Below are positions 8,035 through 17,263 of a stretch of DNA of 32,000 nt, one piece after another. This DNA comes from an uncultured Syntrophomonadaceae bacterium (GTDB lineage: Bacteria > Bacillota > Dethiobacteria > DTU022), in assembly GCA_964436815.1 (NCBI GenBank), contig CAYTER010000017.1:6804-38803 (forward strand), read 5' to 3'. Under the pieces are notes generated by a model. The model was not told the origin of the DNA. It made no database searches and was given only the letters and a program-made list of their open reading frames with translations. The position numbers were made by a program, and so were the translations under genes. Position 1 is the first letter of the stretch. Every line of letters starts with the position of its first letter.

Positions 8035-8406
8035 TTAGTCGGTAATCCTTGCCCCGAAAGGTAGTATGGCCAGCATGGCCAGTTTAAAATGCTGAATCCC
8101 GAAAGGTATGCCGATAATGGTAATGCAGAAGATCAAACCAAGCGTCAGGTGGGTGATGCAAAGTTCCCAGCCTAACAGTAAAATCCAGAGAATGTTGCCG
8201 AGTAGGCCGCCAAAACCGAAATGTCCCACATCAACCTGGCGGCCGAAAGGCCAGATTACGAAACCGGCAAACTTAAAGCACTGCAGGCCAAAGGGAATAC
8301 CGATGATTGTAATACAGACCAGCAGCCCTGCAACGAACCACAATAGAGCCATAATCAGGCCGCCGAGCAGAAACCAGAGAATGTTGCCGATGATACTCAA
8401 TCTCAT
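8035..8406 (-). CDS. yccF: YccF-domain (DUF307) inner membrane protein
   Basis: 123 aa with two copies of the YccF repeat: GNILWFLLGG...ITIIGIPFGLQCFKFA and GNILWILLLGW...ITIIGIPFGIQHFKLA. Confidence 0.8.
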   Translation of the reverse strand: MRLSIIGNILWFLLGGLIMALLWFVAGLLVCITIIGIPFGLQCFKFAGFVIWPFGRQVDVGHFGFGGLLGNILWILLLGWELCITHLTLGLIFCITIIGIPFGIQHFKLAMLAILPFGARITD

Positions 8407-8512
8407 CCACCGCCTCTAGTTGATCCAGATCATTATATACCAACTTATGCTCTGTTTGATATAGTAAAGGCAGAGGTTCCGACATTATTCCGGAGAGCTG
8501 GTAGTTGCGAAG

Positions 8513-10513
8513 ATGCTGATGCGAAAACTGCAAAAACTGGCACCTGGGGAGATTAAACCGTCAGGGTACATTTGCAGAATCCTGGAGCTGCAGGCTGCTG
8601 GAATTACCGGCTTGATCAGTGAAATCTGGCCAGATCTGTCTGATGACTCGGGCTGGCTTGGTGGCCGGGGTGAATCCTGGGAACGTGGTCCATATTATCT
8701 TGATGGATTGATTCCCCTTGCTTACCTGCTGGAAGATCCGGTCTTAATCGAGAAAGCTCGCAAGTGGATTGATGCGATCATTAACAGTCAGCAGGAAAGC
8801 GGTTTTTTTGGACCGTCCTGGAATCTTGACTGGTGGCCGCGGGCAGTTGTCCTGAAAGCTTTCGTCCCCTACTTCCGGGCAACAGGTGATCAGCGGGTTA
8901 TCCCTTTCATGCAGAAATACCTGCATTACCAGTTGACGCAGATTGACAGACAGCCTCCCCATTTTTGGGCGTCAGCCAGGGCTCTCGAGGCTGCCGAAGC
9001 AATGGAACTGGTCTTCAGGGAAACCGGCGATCCGGAACCCGCCCGGTTGGCGGATAAATTAAAAAATTACATGTTTGACTGGTTTCGCTATTTTGAAATC
9101 TGGCCCTACAACCAGCCCACTGATGCTTACCTGAATCGGACGATATTTAACCTGTTTAAATCTGTCTTTTCACCCCTTGACAGCCTGGCCAAAAACAATC
9201 GAAAGTTAAAGCCGCCTGATCCGGCAGAAAAGATCCTCGCGTTTAACCGGAATAAATTAGTGCAGATCTACACTTTTACTCATGGTGTAAATGTTGCAAT
9301 GGCTCTTAAATACCCGGTTACCTATGGACTGCTCAGCGGTTCTGCTGAAAACTTTTCTTTACCCTTAAAAGCATACGGGCAGGTGATAGCCAATCACGGC
9401 ATGGCTAACGGCCTCTTCAGCGCTGATGAACATCTGAACGGTTCTGATCCAACTGCCGGGACTGAGCTCTGTGTAGTGGTGGAGCTGCTCTACTCGCTGG
9501 CGGAATTATTGTCAGCGACCGGTGACCCTGCTTATGCCGATCTGATTGAACTGCTAGCCTTCAATGCTCTACCGGCTACTTTTTCGGACGATTTGTGTTG
9601 TCACCAATACCTGCAGCAGGCAAACCAGGTATCGGCTGATAAAAAACGCAGAAAATTTTATGACGCCAACAGCGAATCAAATATCTACGGCCTCGAGCCC
9701 AACTATGGCTGTTGTACTGCCAACCTGCACCAGGGCTTCCCGAAGCTGCTGCTTGGAAGCTGCTTCAAAATCACTGACGGCCTGGCTTTCATGGTTCACC
9801 TGCCCTGCCGGGTCAAGGTAAAAACGGCAACGGGTCAGACCCTGGTAATCAGGCAGCATGCTGACTATCCTTTTGAAGAGAGACTCGTTTACGAAATAGT
9901 CGAAGCCGACAATGTTGATTTCATGCTTAAATTCCGGGTCCCCAACCTGACCAGAGGAAAGCTTTTTTATAACGGTGAACCGGTTGGCCTTAGCGGACCG
10001 GGTATCCTTGAACTGCAACGATCATTTAAGCAGGGTGATCGGATCGAACTGGAAATCGCTGCGCCTCTTACGACCATAAATAACCCGGACGGGAGCATCA
10101 GTATCAGAAAAGGCTCTATCCTGCTGGCCCTGAAAATTGAAGAAGAGCTGAAAATACTTAGAGGCAGGGAACCCTTTAACTATCGCCAGTATCTGCCCCG
10201 AACAAACTGGAATCTTGCTCCTCTGTTGCAAAAAGGTCAGGTGGAAGTGATCGGTGTCAGGCACAATGCGATCTCTGAAAAACCTTTTAACTCTGCATCA
10301 CCACCCCTTCAGATTGATATCCGGGGCGTGCGGATCATCAATTGGAAAATGAAGCATAACAGCGCCGGGCCTTACCCGGCCCACCCGGTTATTACAGGCC
10401 CGCAGCCGATTACCTTAGTGCCCTACGGTTCTACCAACATTCGTATTGCCCAGTTTCCGCTGATCGACAGCCAGACTGCCATAAGTTCTGCAAGTGAGGC
10501 CGGTTTCCGATGA
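8513..10513 (+). CDS. DUF1680 / glycoside hydrolase family 127-like protein (beta-L-arabinofuranosidase-like)
   Basis: 666 aa. The block GLEPNYGCCTANLHQGFPKL matches the Cys-Cys catalytic/zinc region typical of GH127. The GTELCVVVE block and overall size fit. The exact start is uncertain (8513 or 8519). Confidence 0.7.
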   Translation: MLMRKLQKLAPGEIKPSGYICRILELQAAGITGLISEIWPDLSDDSGWLGGRGESWERGPYYLDGLIPLAYLLEDPVLIEKARKWIDAIINSQQESGFFGPSWNLDWWPRAVVLKAFVPYFRATGDQRVIPFMQKYLHYQLTQIDRQPPHFWASARALEAAEAMELVFRETGDPEPARLADKLKNYMFDWFRYFEIWPYNQPTDAYLNRTIFNLFKSVFSPLDSLAKNNRKLKPPDPAEKILAFNRNKLVQIYTFTHGVNVAMALKYPVTYGLLSGSAENFSLPLKAYGQVIANHGMANGLFSADEHLNGSDPTAGTELCVVVELLYSLAELLSATGDPAYADLIELLAFNALPATFSDDLCCHQYLQQANQVSADKKRRKFYDANSESNIYGLEPNYGCCTANLHQGFPKLLLGSCFKITDGLAFMVHLPCRVKVKTATGQTLVIRQHADYPFEERLVYEIVEADNVDFMLKFRVPNLTRGKLFYNGEPVGLSGPGILELQRSFKQGDRIELEIAAPLTTINNPDGSISIRKGSILLALKIEEELKILRGREPFNYRQYLPRTNWNLAPLLQKGQVEVIGVRHNAISEKPFNSASPPLQIDIRGVRIINWKMKHNSAGPYPAHPVITGPQPITLVPYGSTNIRIAQFPLIDSQTAISSASEAGFR

Positions 10514-11676
10514 AAAGAGAACTTGATATCCTGCTCTGCGATCTTGATGCCTTCTTTGCGTCGGTTGAGCAGCTTGATCACCCCGAACTGAGAGGCAAGC
10601 CGGTTATTGTCGGTGGCGATCCTGCCGGGCGGGGAGTGGCTTCCACCTGTTCCTATGAAGCCCGAAAATATGGGGTCAGATCGGCCATGCCGATGAAAAA
10701 AGCAATTGAACTCTGCCCTAATGCTATTGTGGTCAGCGGTAATATAGCCCGTTACAGTGAAGTTTCCAGGCAGGTCAGGGAGATTTTCGAACGCTTTACC
10801 CCCGATTTGGAAGTTGTCTCGATCGATGAAGCTTACCTTGCCGTAAAAAAGGGCCGGGGCTTGACGGTAGCGGAGGAGATCCACCAAAAAGTGAGGGAGG
10901 AGGTCGGTTTACCGATTAGTGTAGGAGTAGCCTCCAACAAGCTGCTGGCAAAAGTGGCCTGTGAACTGGCAAAACCGAACGCAGTCAAAGCCCTGTGGCC
11001 GGACGATGTTACCGCTTTATTCTGGCCCCTGCCGGTTAGGGCTATACCGGGAATTGGCCCGAAAGCAGCGGAAAGGTTGAATAACCTGGGCATAAAAACG
11101 GTAAAAGACCTGGCCCACTGTCCTCCGGCCACCCTGCGCCGGATTTTCGGTAACAACAGTGACAGTATCAGGGGCTTTGCTTTTGGCCTGGACGACCGTG
11201 AACTGGAAACCGTCCATGATCTGAAATCAATCTCGGAGGAAACAACCTTCCCCGAAGACATTTATGACCGGCAGGATTATATGCCTGCGGTGATCAGGGA
11301 ACTGGCGGCGGGTGTGGGTTACCGACTGCGATCCGCCGGGCTAAAGGCCAGAACCATAACACTTAAGCTGCGCTACAGCGACTTTAAAACGATCACCCGC
11401 AGCAGGTCGTTGCCTGACGCAACGGATAGTGAAAAGGAAATTGACAAAGTTGTCCTTGACTTGTTCAAAAAACACTGTGGCAGCGCCCCCTGGAGGCTGG
11501 TGGGAGTGAAAGTTTCCGGTTTCGACGACGGTGTTCAACTCTCCTTAATTTCCCCTGACCCTGAGGATGAAAAGGAAAGACAGCTCCTTAAAATAAAAGA
11601 TTCCTTGCAGCGTAAATTTGGCGCTGCGGTTGTGATCAGCGGTAAGCAGCTTAAAAGTAAAAAAAAGCATAAGTAG
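10510..11676 (+). CDS. dinB: DNA polymerase IV (Y-family translesion polymerase)
   Basis: 388 aa. N-terminus ILLCDLDAFFASVEQLDHPELRGKPVIVGG, then SIDEAYL, ISVGVASNKLLAK and PVRAIPGIGPK. The ATG overlaps the upstream stop (ATGA). Confidence 0.92.
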   Translation: MKRELDILLCDLDAFFASVEQLDHPELRGKPVIVGGDPAGRGVASTCSYEARKYGVRSAMPMKKAIELCPNAIVVSGNIARYSEVSRQVREIFERFTPDLEVVSIDEAYLAVKKGRGLTVAEEIHQKVREEVGLPISVGVASNKLLAKVACELAKPNAVKALWPDDVTALFWPLPVRAIPGIGPKAAERLNNLGIKTVKDLAHCPPATLRRIFGNNSDSIRGFAFGLDDRELETVHDLKSISEETTFPEDIYDRQDYMPAVIRELAAGVGYRLRSAGLKARTITLKLRYSDFKTITRSRSLPDATDSEKEIDKVVLDLFKKHCGSAPWRLVGVKVSGFDDGVQLSLISPDPEDEKERQLLKIKDSLQRKFGAAVVISGKQLKSKKKHK

Positions 11677-11767
11677 CTATCATTTTTCAGCAGGATTAAA
11701 TAATTTCAGGTTGAATAATTTCCCTGCTGAAACGTCCGGCAAAAGATAATAAATGGGGGTATTATTT

Positions 11768-13546
11768 TTGAAAAAAATCGCAGTTTTAGTATTGACCTGT
11801 TTTCTTTTTTCAGGTTTCTTGTTAACCGGATGCGATGAAGAGGAGGTGGTTCCCGGGGTGGAGGCGGCGGATGCAGTTTGGACTAACGGGGTAGTATTTA
11901 CCGTTGATGATCAAGAATCATTTGTCGAAGCGGTTGCGGTCAAAGACGGATTAATCATATTTGTCGGCAGCGCAGAAGAAGCTCTGGCTTATATTGGCGA
12001 GCAAACGGAAGTTTACGATCTCGACGGGCAGCTGATGCTACCGGGGATGACCGATTCACATATCCATGCGCCGGGAACGATTTTATCCCAGCTTTATCAG
12101 ATCGATTTAAATGGTATTCTCACCGAAGAGGCCACAATGGCGGTGATCGAGGAATTTGTTGCCGAACACCCCGACCTTGAAATCTATTACGGCGACGGTT
12201 TTTCAGTCGGTGCTTTCTCGGGCGAAGAGGTGGCAAAAGGGCCTCGTAAAGAAAGACTTGACGCAATCAGCGACAAACCGATCATTATCAGTTCTTATGA
12301 CGGCCACAGCCGCTGGTTGAACAGTGCAGCCTTTGAGTATTTTGGCATAACCAAAGATACAGTATCACCGGAAGGTGGAGTGATCGAGAAAACTGAAGAC
12401 GGGGAACTGTGGGGCACCCTGAAAGAGCTGGCTATTGAGCTTACACCTTCCCAGGAGTTCAGTGACGAACAGCTGCACAATGCTTTTGTTGCTTTTCAGG
12501 AATACATGCACAGCCTTGGTTATGTGGGGATTACCGACATGGGTTCAGGCATTCTTGCGTCAGAATCCTATGATCCCTTTATGGATATGGACAAAAAGGG
12601 TGAATTGAAGCTTTATGTGATGAAGAACACGGTTATGGACCCGAATGCAGATCTACAGCCGCAAATCGAAAGAGCTGTAGTCAACCGGGACCGCTACCAG
12701 TCGGAACTTTACTACTACGGCAGCACTAAGTTCTTTGCCGATGGTGTGATTGAAGGGGTAACCGGGTACCTGCTTGAACCTTATACTGAAGCGGCCGAAG
12801 CCGGAAGCGATTATGTTTCTGCTCCGCTCTGGACCCCGGAAAAAATGGCTGAAGCTTTTACTATGGCCAATGCAGAAGGCTTTCAAATTCATGTCCACTC
12901 CATCGGCGACGCATCAACAAGACAGGTTCTTGATGCCCTGGAGTATGCCTTGGAACAAAACGGCGCAGGAGATTATCGCAATCTGATTACTCACCTGCAA
13001 CTTGTTGATCCGGCGGATATCCCTCGCTTTGCCGAACTTGATGTGATCGCCAATCTCCAGCCGTACTGGGCTTTCAAGGAGCCTTACTGGTGGGAAGTCG
13101 TAGACCAGCCACTGTTAGGCGATGAGCGGGCCGAGCGGGAGTACCCGATGCAGTCATTTATTAATGCCGGGGCCCTGCTGGTAAGCTCTTCTGATCACGG
13201 TGTTACACCATTCCCGGTCCCGTTCTGGGCAATAGAAGTGGGTGTAACCCGCAACCTGAACAACGCTGAGTTTTACGAAGTGGATGATATTGCTGATATC
13301 GATGATCCGACCTGGTTACTTGCTCCTCAGGAGAGGGTGTCACTGGTTGATATGATTCGCTCCTTTACCATTAATTCTGCTTTCCAGAACTTCCGCGAAG
13401 ACAGGACAGGCAGTATTGAAGTGGGCAAGAGCGCGGATTTTATCATCGTATCACAGAACCTGTTTGAGATCAGTCCGCTCGATATTGATAAAACAGAAGT
13501 TCTGGCAACGATCTTTAAAGGTGAAGTGGTTTGGCAGGCAGAGTAG
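11768..13546 (+). CDS. amidohydrolase-family lipoprotein (YtcJ-like, amidohydrolase 3)
   Basis: Lipobox LLTGC follows an MKKIAVLVLTCFLF signal if translation starts at TTG 11768 (G-run SD 8 nt upstream). The ORF-track ATG is 11753. Metal motif MTDSHIHAPG and a C-terminal GSIEVGKSADFIIV block are typical of the family. Confidence 0.75.
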   Translation: MKKIAVLVLTCFLFSGFLLTGCDEEEVVPGVEAADAVWTNGVVFTVDDQESFVEAVAVKDGLIIFVGSAEEALAYIGEQTEVYDLDGQLMLPGMTDSHIHAPGTILSQLYQIDLNGILTEEATMAVIEEFVAEHPDLEIYYGDGFSVGAFSGEEVAKGPRKERLDAISDKPIIISSYDGHSRWLNSAAFEYFGITKDTVSPEGGVIEKTEDGELWGTLKELAIELTPSQEFSDEQLHNAFVAFQEYMHSLGYVGITDMGSGILASESYDPFMDMDKKGELKLYVMKNTVMDPNADLQPQIERAVVNRDRYQSELYYYGSTKFFADGVIEGVTGYLLEPYTEAAEAGSDYVSAPLWTPEKMAEAFTMANAEGFQIHVHSIGDASTRQVLDALEYALEQNGAGDYRNLITHLQLVDPADIPRFAELDVIANLQPYWAFKEPYWWEVVDQPLLGDERAEREYPMQSFINAGALLVSSSDHGVTPFPVPFWAIEVGVTRNLNNAEFYEVDDIADIDDPTWLLAPQERVSLVDMIRSFTINSAFQNFREDRTGSIEVGKSADFIIVSQNLFEISPLDIDKTEVLATIFKGEVVWQAE

Positions 13547-13565
13547 TATTTACCGGTTGTAGACT

Positions 13566-13592
13566 GGGCGGGATTTTCCCGCCCTTTTTTGT
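13566..13592 (+). terminator. intrinsic terminator
   Basis: GGGCGGG-attttc-CCGCCC stem followed by TTTTTTGTTTT, 20 nt after the stop of the amidohydrolase gene. Confidence 0.8.
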
Positions 13593-13673
13593 TTTAAAGG
13601 AGCCCCGTAGATTTAAGTTTATGAACATTTAATGATAATATAGAAGAAAATCTAGTCAACGGAGGTGTTGGGG

Positions 13674-14975
13674 ATGCGAAAAGCGATCATCTTGATTGCC
13701 CTGATCGCGATCCTCCTGATACTGGGGGCTTGTTCCGGCCAGGCTGATCAACCGGGATTAGATCCGGATTTGGAACAGGATCCTGATCTGCCGGAATCTG
13801 ATGACGAAGATGCTTTTGATGAAGCCGATCAAGGGTTGCTTACTGTAGTTTATTCTGAAACGGGAGATCTGTGGGTGTCGATTGGTTATAACGCACCGCA
13901 GCAAATAACCTCCGGTCACTTTGACAGCTACCCTCTGCTCTCACCGGATGGATCGAAAATACTGTTCAGAAGGGATGCAGGACTCAGCCCGGCAAATCTC
14001 TATCGCTTCGAATTATGGGTGATCGGCATCGATGGTAGTGATGAGAGCCTCCTCCTCGGAGTTGATGATCTGCCTGGTGAGATGGGTTATGCCATGGGAG
14101 AGATGGAGGAAACAATGCTCGATCGGCTTCCGCAGCAGATTGCCTGGCTGGATGATAACCGGACAATCGCTTTTAACACCCTGCTTGAAACCGGCTATGG
14201 TATCCTCGGTTTTTATGACCTCTGGCTGGCCGATTCCCAAACAGGAGAGATCGTCCGTTTACTGGATGATGGTTTAGGAGGTAGTTTTTCCTACTCGCCT
14301 GATGGTAACCGGATCCTGGTTTCAGATCCCGGTTCGGTTTCCATGGTTAATGCCGACGGTAGCGGACGCAGAGTACTGGTTAGCTATCCCTTTGTCAACA
14401 CGGCCAGTGAGTATGCCTACAACCCGCAGCCTGTCTGGGCACCAGATGGCAGCCATGGTTTGGTGGCTATAGCCTCAGAAGAACCCTTCTTTGCCGATCC
14501 TTACCTGACCCTCTGGCGGCTGCCGCTTAACGGCGATGCCCAGGAGCTGTGCACAGTACCGGGTATTAATCTTTTCAACACCATGTATGACCGGCTCTGG
14601 AATTCAACGCGCACTGACTTCGCCTATCTGGATGACCTCTTTAACCTGCATATCGCCACCCTGAATGGAGAAAGCCTGCAGGTATATGAAAATGGGGATC
14701 ACTTTTTTGGCTTTTCCGCCGACGATCGCTGCTGGGCTTACCGGCAGGGCGGAGAGGTAATGCTCGACGGCATTGATCTCGCACCAGCTCCGTTGGAGAT
14801 ACCGGAGGGTGATAACTCGGATTGGTTTGAGTTTAAGTGGGTGAATGCCGAAGATTATGTAGTTCTATCAGGGAATTACTATGAAGGCATGACGCTTTGG
14901 ACCGGCCGGGTAGGCGGCGACTTAAGGGTCATTGACGCCTTGGTCAATAGTTACGATGCACTCTGGATTAATTAA
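13674..14975 (+). CDS. lipoprotein with TolB-like (PD40) beta-propeller repeats
   Basis: GGAGG SD lies 8 nt before ATG 13674. Signal plus lipobox LILGAC, then an acidic linker (DPDLEQDPDLPESDDEDAFDEAD). Repeated SPDGSKILF / SPDGNRILV / APDGSHGLV motifs are typical of PD40 blades. Confidence 0.7.
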   Translation: MRKAIILIALIAILLILGACSGQADQPGLDPDLEQDPDLPESDDEDAFDEADQGLLTVVYSETGDLWVSIGYNAPQQITSGHFDSYPLLSPDGSKILFRRDAGLSPANLYRFELWVIGIDGSDESLLLGVDDLPGEMGYAMGEMEETMLDRLPQQIAWLDDNRTIAFNTLLETGYGILGFYDLWLADSQTGEIVRLLDDGLGGSFSYSPDGNRILVSDPGSVSMVNADGSGRRVLVSYPFVNTASEYAYNPQPVWAPDGSHGLVAIASEEPFFADPYLTLWRLPLNGDAQELCTVPGINLFNTMYDRLWNSTRTDFAYLDDLFNLHIATLNGESLQVYENGDHFFGFSADDRCWAYRQGGEVMLDGIDLAPAPLEIPEGDNSDWFEFKWVNAEDYVVLSGNYYEGMTLWTGRVGGDLRVIDALVNSYDALWIN

Positions 14976-15018
14976 ATAAAAGCTTGCAAACATTAAACTG
15001 AGAAAGGAAAAGAGGTTG

Positions 15019-16110
15019 ATGGCCTGGGAAAATCTCTTTGATATTTTCACATTATTAGCCGGCTTCTGGTTGTTATGGCGCATCCCCACTCCAGATGAAC
15101 ATGGAGAAGTAAGCGCTAAAGTTTCGGTAATTATCCCGGCCCGTAATGAAGAAAAGCGAATCAGGAGGTTGCTCGATTCACTAACCAGGCAGACTCTTCA
15201 ACCCTTTGAAATAATTGTTGTTGATGACAGTTCGGAAGATGAGACGAAAAATATTGTTCGCTCTTATGGTCTAAAAGTAGTTGATGCCGGGGATTTGCCC
15301 GATCATTGGCTCGGCAAACCCTGGGCTTGCTGGCAGGGCGCCAGGACAGCAAAAGGGGAGATATTCGTTTTTTTGGATGCTGATACTTATCTCTCAGAAA
15401 ATGGTTTGCAGAAAATTGTTACCTCCTATCAAAAAAGGGATGGAGCCCTTTCCATCCAACCTTACCATGAAGTTATAAAACCTTATGAACAGTTGTCGGC
15501 TATTTTTAATATTATTGTGATGATGGGAACGAATCTTTTTACTCCCCTTGGCAGTAAGCTTAAACCCCGGGCATTCTTTGGTCCTTGCGTGGTCTGCAAC
15601 CGGGTAGATTATTTTGCTGTAGGAGGACATGAAGCGGTCAGTCGGAGCATTCTTGAGGATATTGACCTGGGGCGGTTGTTTGTTAGGAAAAATTTTCCGG
15701 TCACCTGCCTCGGAGGCAGGGGATCGATCAGTTTCAGGATGTATCCGAACGGTTTAGGGGAAGTTTTCGAAGGTTGGTCTAAGAACTTCAGCTCCGGGGC
15801 TGTGTCGATCGGTTTATTTATCCTTGCCTTAATTGGAGCCTGGATTACAGGTTGTTTATCTGTCGGGATAGATTTATTTGAAGCATTGGTTACCGGCAGG
15901 GGTCTCTGGGCAGGCTCATTATTCTACCTGCTCTTTGGCCTGCAGATTATTTGGATGCTCAGACGCATCGGCAGTTTTAGCTGGTGGTTGATCCTGCTCT
16001 ACCCGCTGGCCTTGCTCTTTTTCCTGGTTACTTTTGTTTATTCGGTAATATCATCAATCTTTTTGCACAAGGTAACCTGGAAAGGCCGCAATATTGACCC
16101 ATTAAGCTGA
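15019..16110 (+). CDS. family 2 glycosyltransferase with C-terminal membrane domain
   Basis: VSVIIPARNEEKRIRRLLDSLTRQ, IIVVDDSSEDET and FLDADT (DxD). Four or more C-terminal TM helices. Resembles carotenoid/diglucosyl-type GT2 enzymes. The start is ATG 15019 or TTG 15016. Confidence 0.8.
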   Translation: MAWENLFDIFTLLAGFWLLWRIPTPDEHGEVSAKVSVIIPARNEEKRIRRLLDSLTRQTLQPFEIIVVDDSSEDETKNIVRSYGLKVVDAGDLPDHWLGKPWACWQGARTAKGEIFVFLDADTYLSENGLQKIVTSYQKRDGALSIQPYHEVIKPYEQLSAIFNIIVMMGTNLFTPLGSKLKPRAFFGPCVVCNRVDYFAVGGHEAVSRSILEDIDLGRLFVRKNFPVTCLGGRGSISFRMYPNGLGEVFEGWSKNFSSGAVSIGLFILALIGAWITGCLSVGIDLFEALVTGRGLWAGSLFYLLFGLQIIWMLRRIGSFSWWLILLYPLALLFFLVTFVYSVISSIFLHKVTWKGRNIDPLS

Positions 16111-16193
16111 GAATTGATTCATGCTTTCAGGTCAGGCTCAGCCGGATTATATTTAGCCCAAAAGCCTGGTGTTTTATTAAAACGGAGAAATGA

Positions 16194-16931
16194 ATGAATA
16201 GCAAGCAAAAAGTGGAACACTTTTCAGTTGTATACCAGGAGCGGGTGATTCCGGTCACCCTGACCAGGAAAAAAGTTAAAAACATAAACTTCAGGATTAT
16301 GCGCGATCACAATGTTGCAGTGTCAGCAGCCGATCATGTCCCCCTGCAGGCGATCGAAAAGTTGATCTTCAGAAAAGCTGGTTGGATCCTGAAACACTTT
16401 GACAGCTATGCCCGAAAACAGGAAAACACGGCTATCTGCAATTATGAAAACGGTGATCAGTTGTACTATCTTGGCCAAACTTATACTCTGCGGCATCAAC
16501 CGGCGATTAAAAAGGAAGAAGTACTGATTGACAACCAGAATATATACTTGCTCGCCCGTTCTGATCGTAACCGCGAACAGCGGGAAAAACTAATTGAAAA
16601 GTGGTACAGGGAAAAAGCCAGGTTAATATTTAATCAGTCACTTAATGAGCTATATCCTCTGCTTGAAGGGCACCGCATCCCCAAGCCGGCGCTGGCGATT
16701 AGAAAAATGAAAACCAGGTGGGGTTCCTGCACACGCAGTAAAAATAAAATTACTCTCAGCCTGGAACTTGTCAAAGCGCCGTCAGCTTGTATTGGCTATG
16801 TGGTACTTCACGAGCTGGTCCATTTTATTCACCCGCATCATGGTAAAGCCTTTTACGATTGTCTCTCCGATCTGATGCCCGACTGGAAAGAACGGCGCAG
16901 GTATCTGAAAGAAAATACTGCGCCCGGTTAA
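16194..16931 (+). CDS. YgjP-like (DUF45, M48-related) metal-dependent hydrolase
   Basis: 245 aa. MKTRWGSC followed by VVLHELVHFIHPHHGKAFY (HExxH plus H), the characteristic DUF45 signature. Confidence 0.8.
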   Translation: MNSKQKVEHFSVVYQERVIPVTLTRKKVKNINFRIMRDHNVAVSAADHVPLQAIEKLIFRKAGWILKHFDSYARKQENTAICNYENGDQLYYLGQTYTLRHQPAIKKEEVLIDNQNIYLLARSDRNREQREKLIEKWYREKARLIFNQSLNELYPLLEGHRIPKPALAIRKMKTRWGSCTRSKNKITLSLELVKAPSACIGYVVLHELVHFIHPHHGKAFYDCLSDLMPDWKERRRYLKENTAPG

Positions 16932-17236
16932 TAATCAGAGATACCTTCCAGGGAGCAGCCGCAAACATCTCCGCAACATTTACCCTTGATACCGAGTTTA
17001 TCCATCAGTAACGCATAAGCACAGCCTACACCCGGTCGGACATAAATCGCACCCGGAGCACAGTTGCGGGCACAGGCGCCGCACTCCATGCAGGCATCGC
17101 GGTCTGTAATCGTGCTAAGCCTGTTTTCCAGTGAAAAAACCTGCTGGGGACAAACTTCAATGCATAGCCCGCAGCCATTACATTTGCTTTGATCCAACTT
17201 TAAGGTGACGACATCCTTTAAGTAACGGTATTTCAT
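16928..17236 (-). CDS. hgcB: HgcB, 2x[4Fe-4S] ferredoxin of the mercury-methylation pair
   Basis: 102 aa. Two CX2CX2CX3C motifs (CNGCGLCIEVCP and CMECGACARNCAP). The conserved GVGCA cysteine is Cys72. The C-terminus has a CC pair (KCCGDVCGC). GGAGG SD lies 9 nt upstream. The gene sits 27 nt downstream of hgcA. Confidence 0.88.
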   Translation of the reverse strand: MKYRYLKDVVTLKLDQSKCNGCGLCIEVCPQQVFSLENRLSTITDRDACMECGACARNCAPGAIYVRPGVGCAYALLMDKLGIKGKCCGDVCGCSLEGISDY

Positions 17237-17263
17237 TTATTTATTCCTCCACCATCGATCAGT

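Noticed and set aside
10423-11261. Minus-strand ORFs (154, 142 and 66 aa) overlapping dinB
   Set aside because: They are antisense to a gene with unambiguous Y-family polymerase motifs, and their translations have no motifs or start signals.
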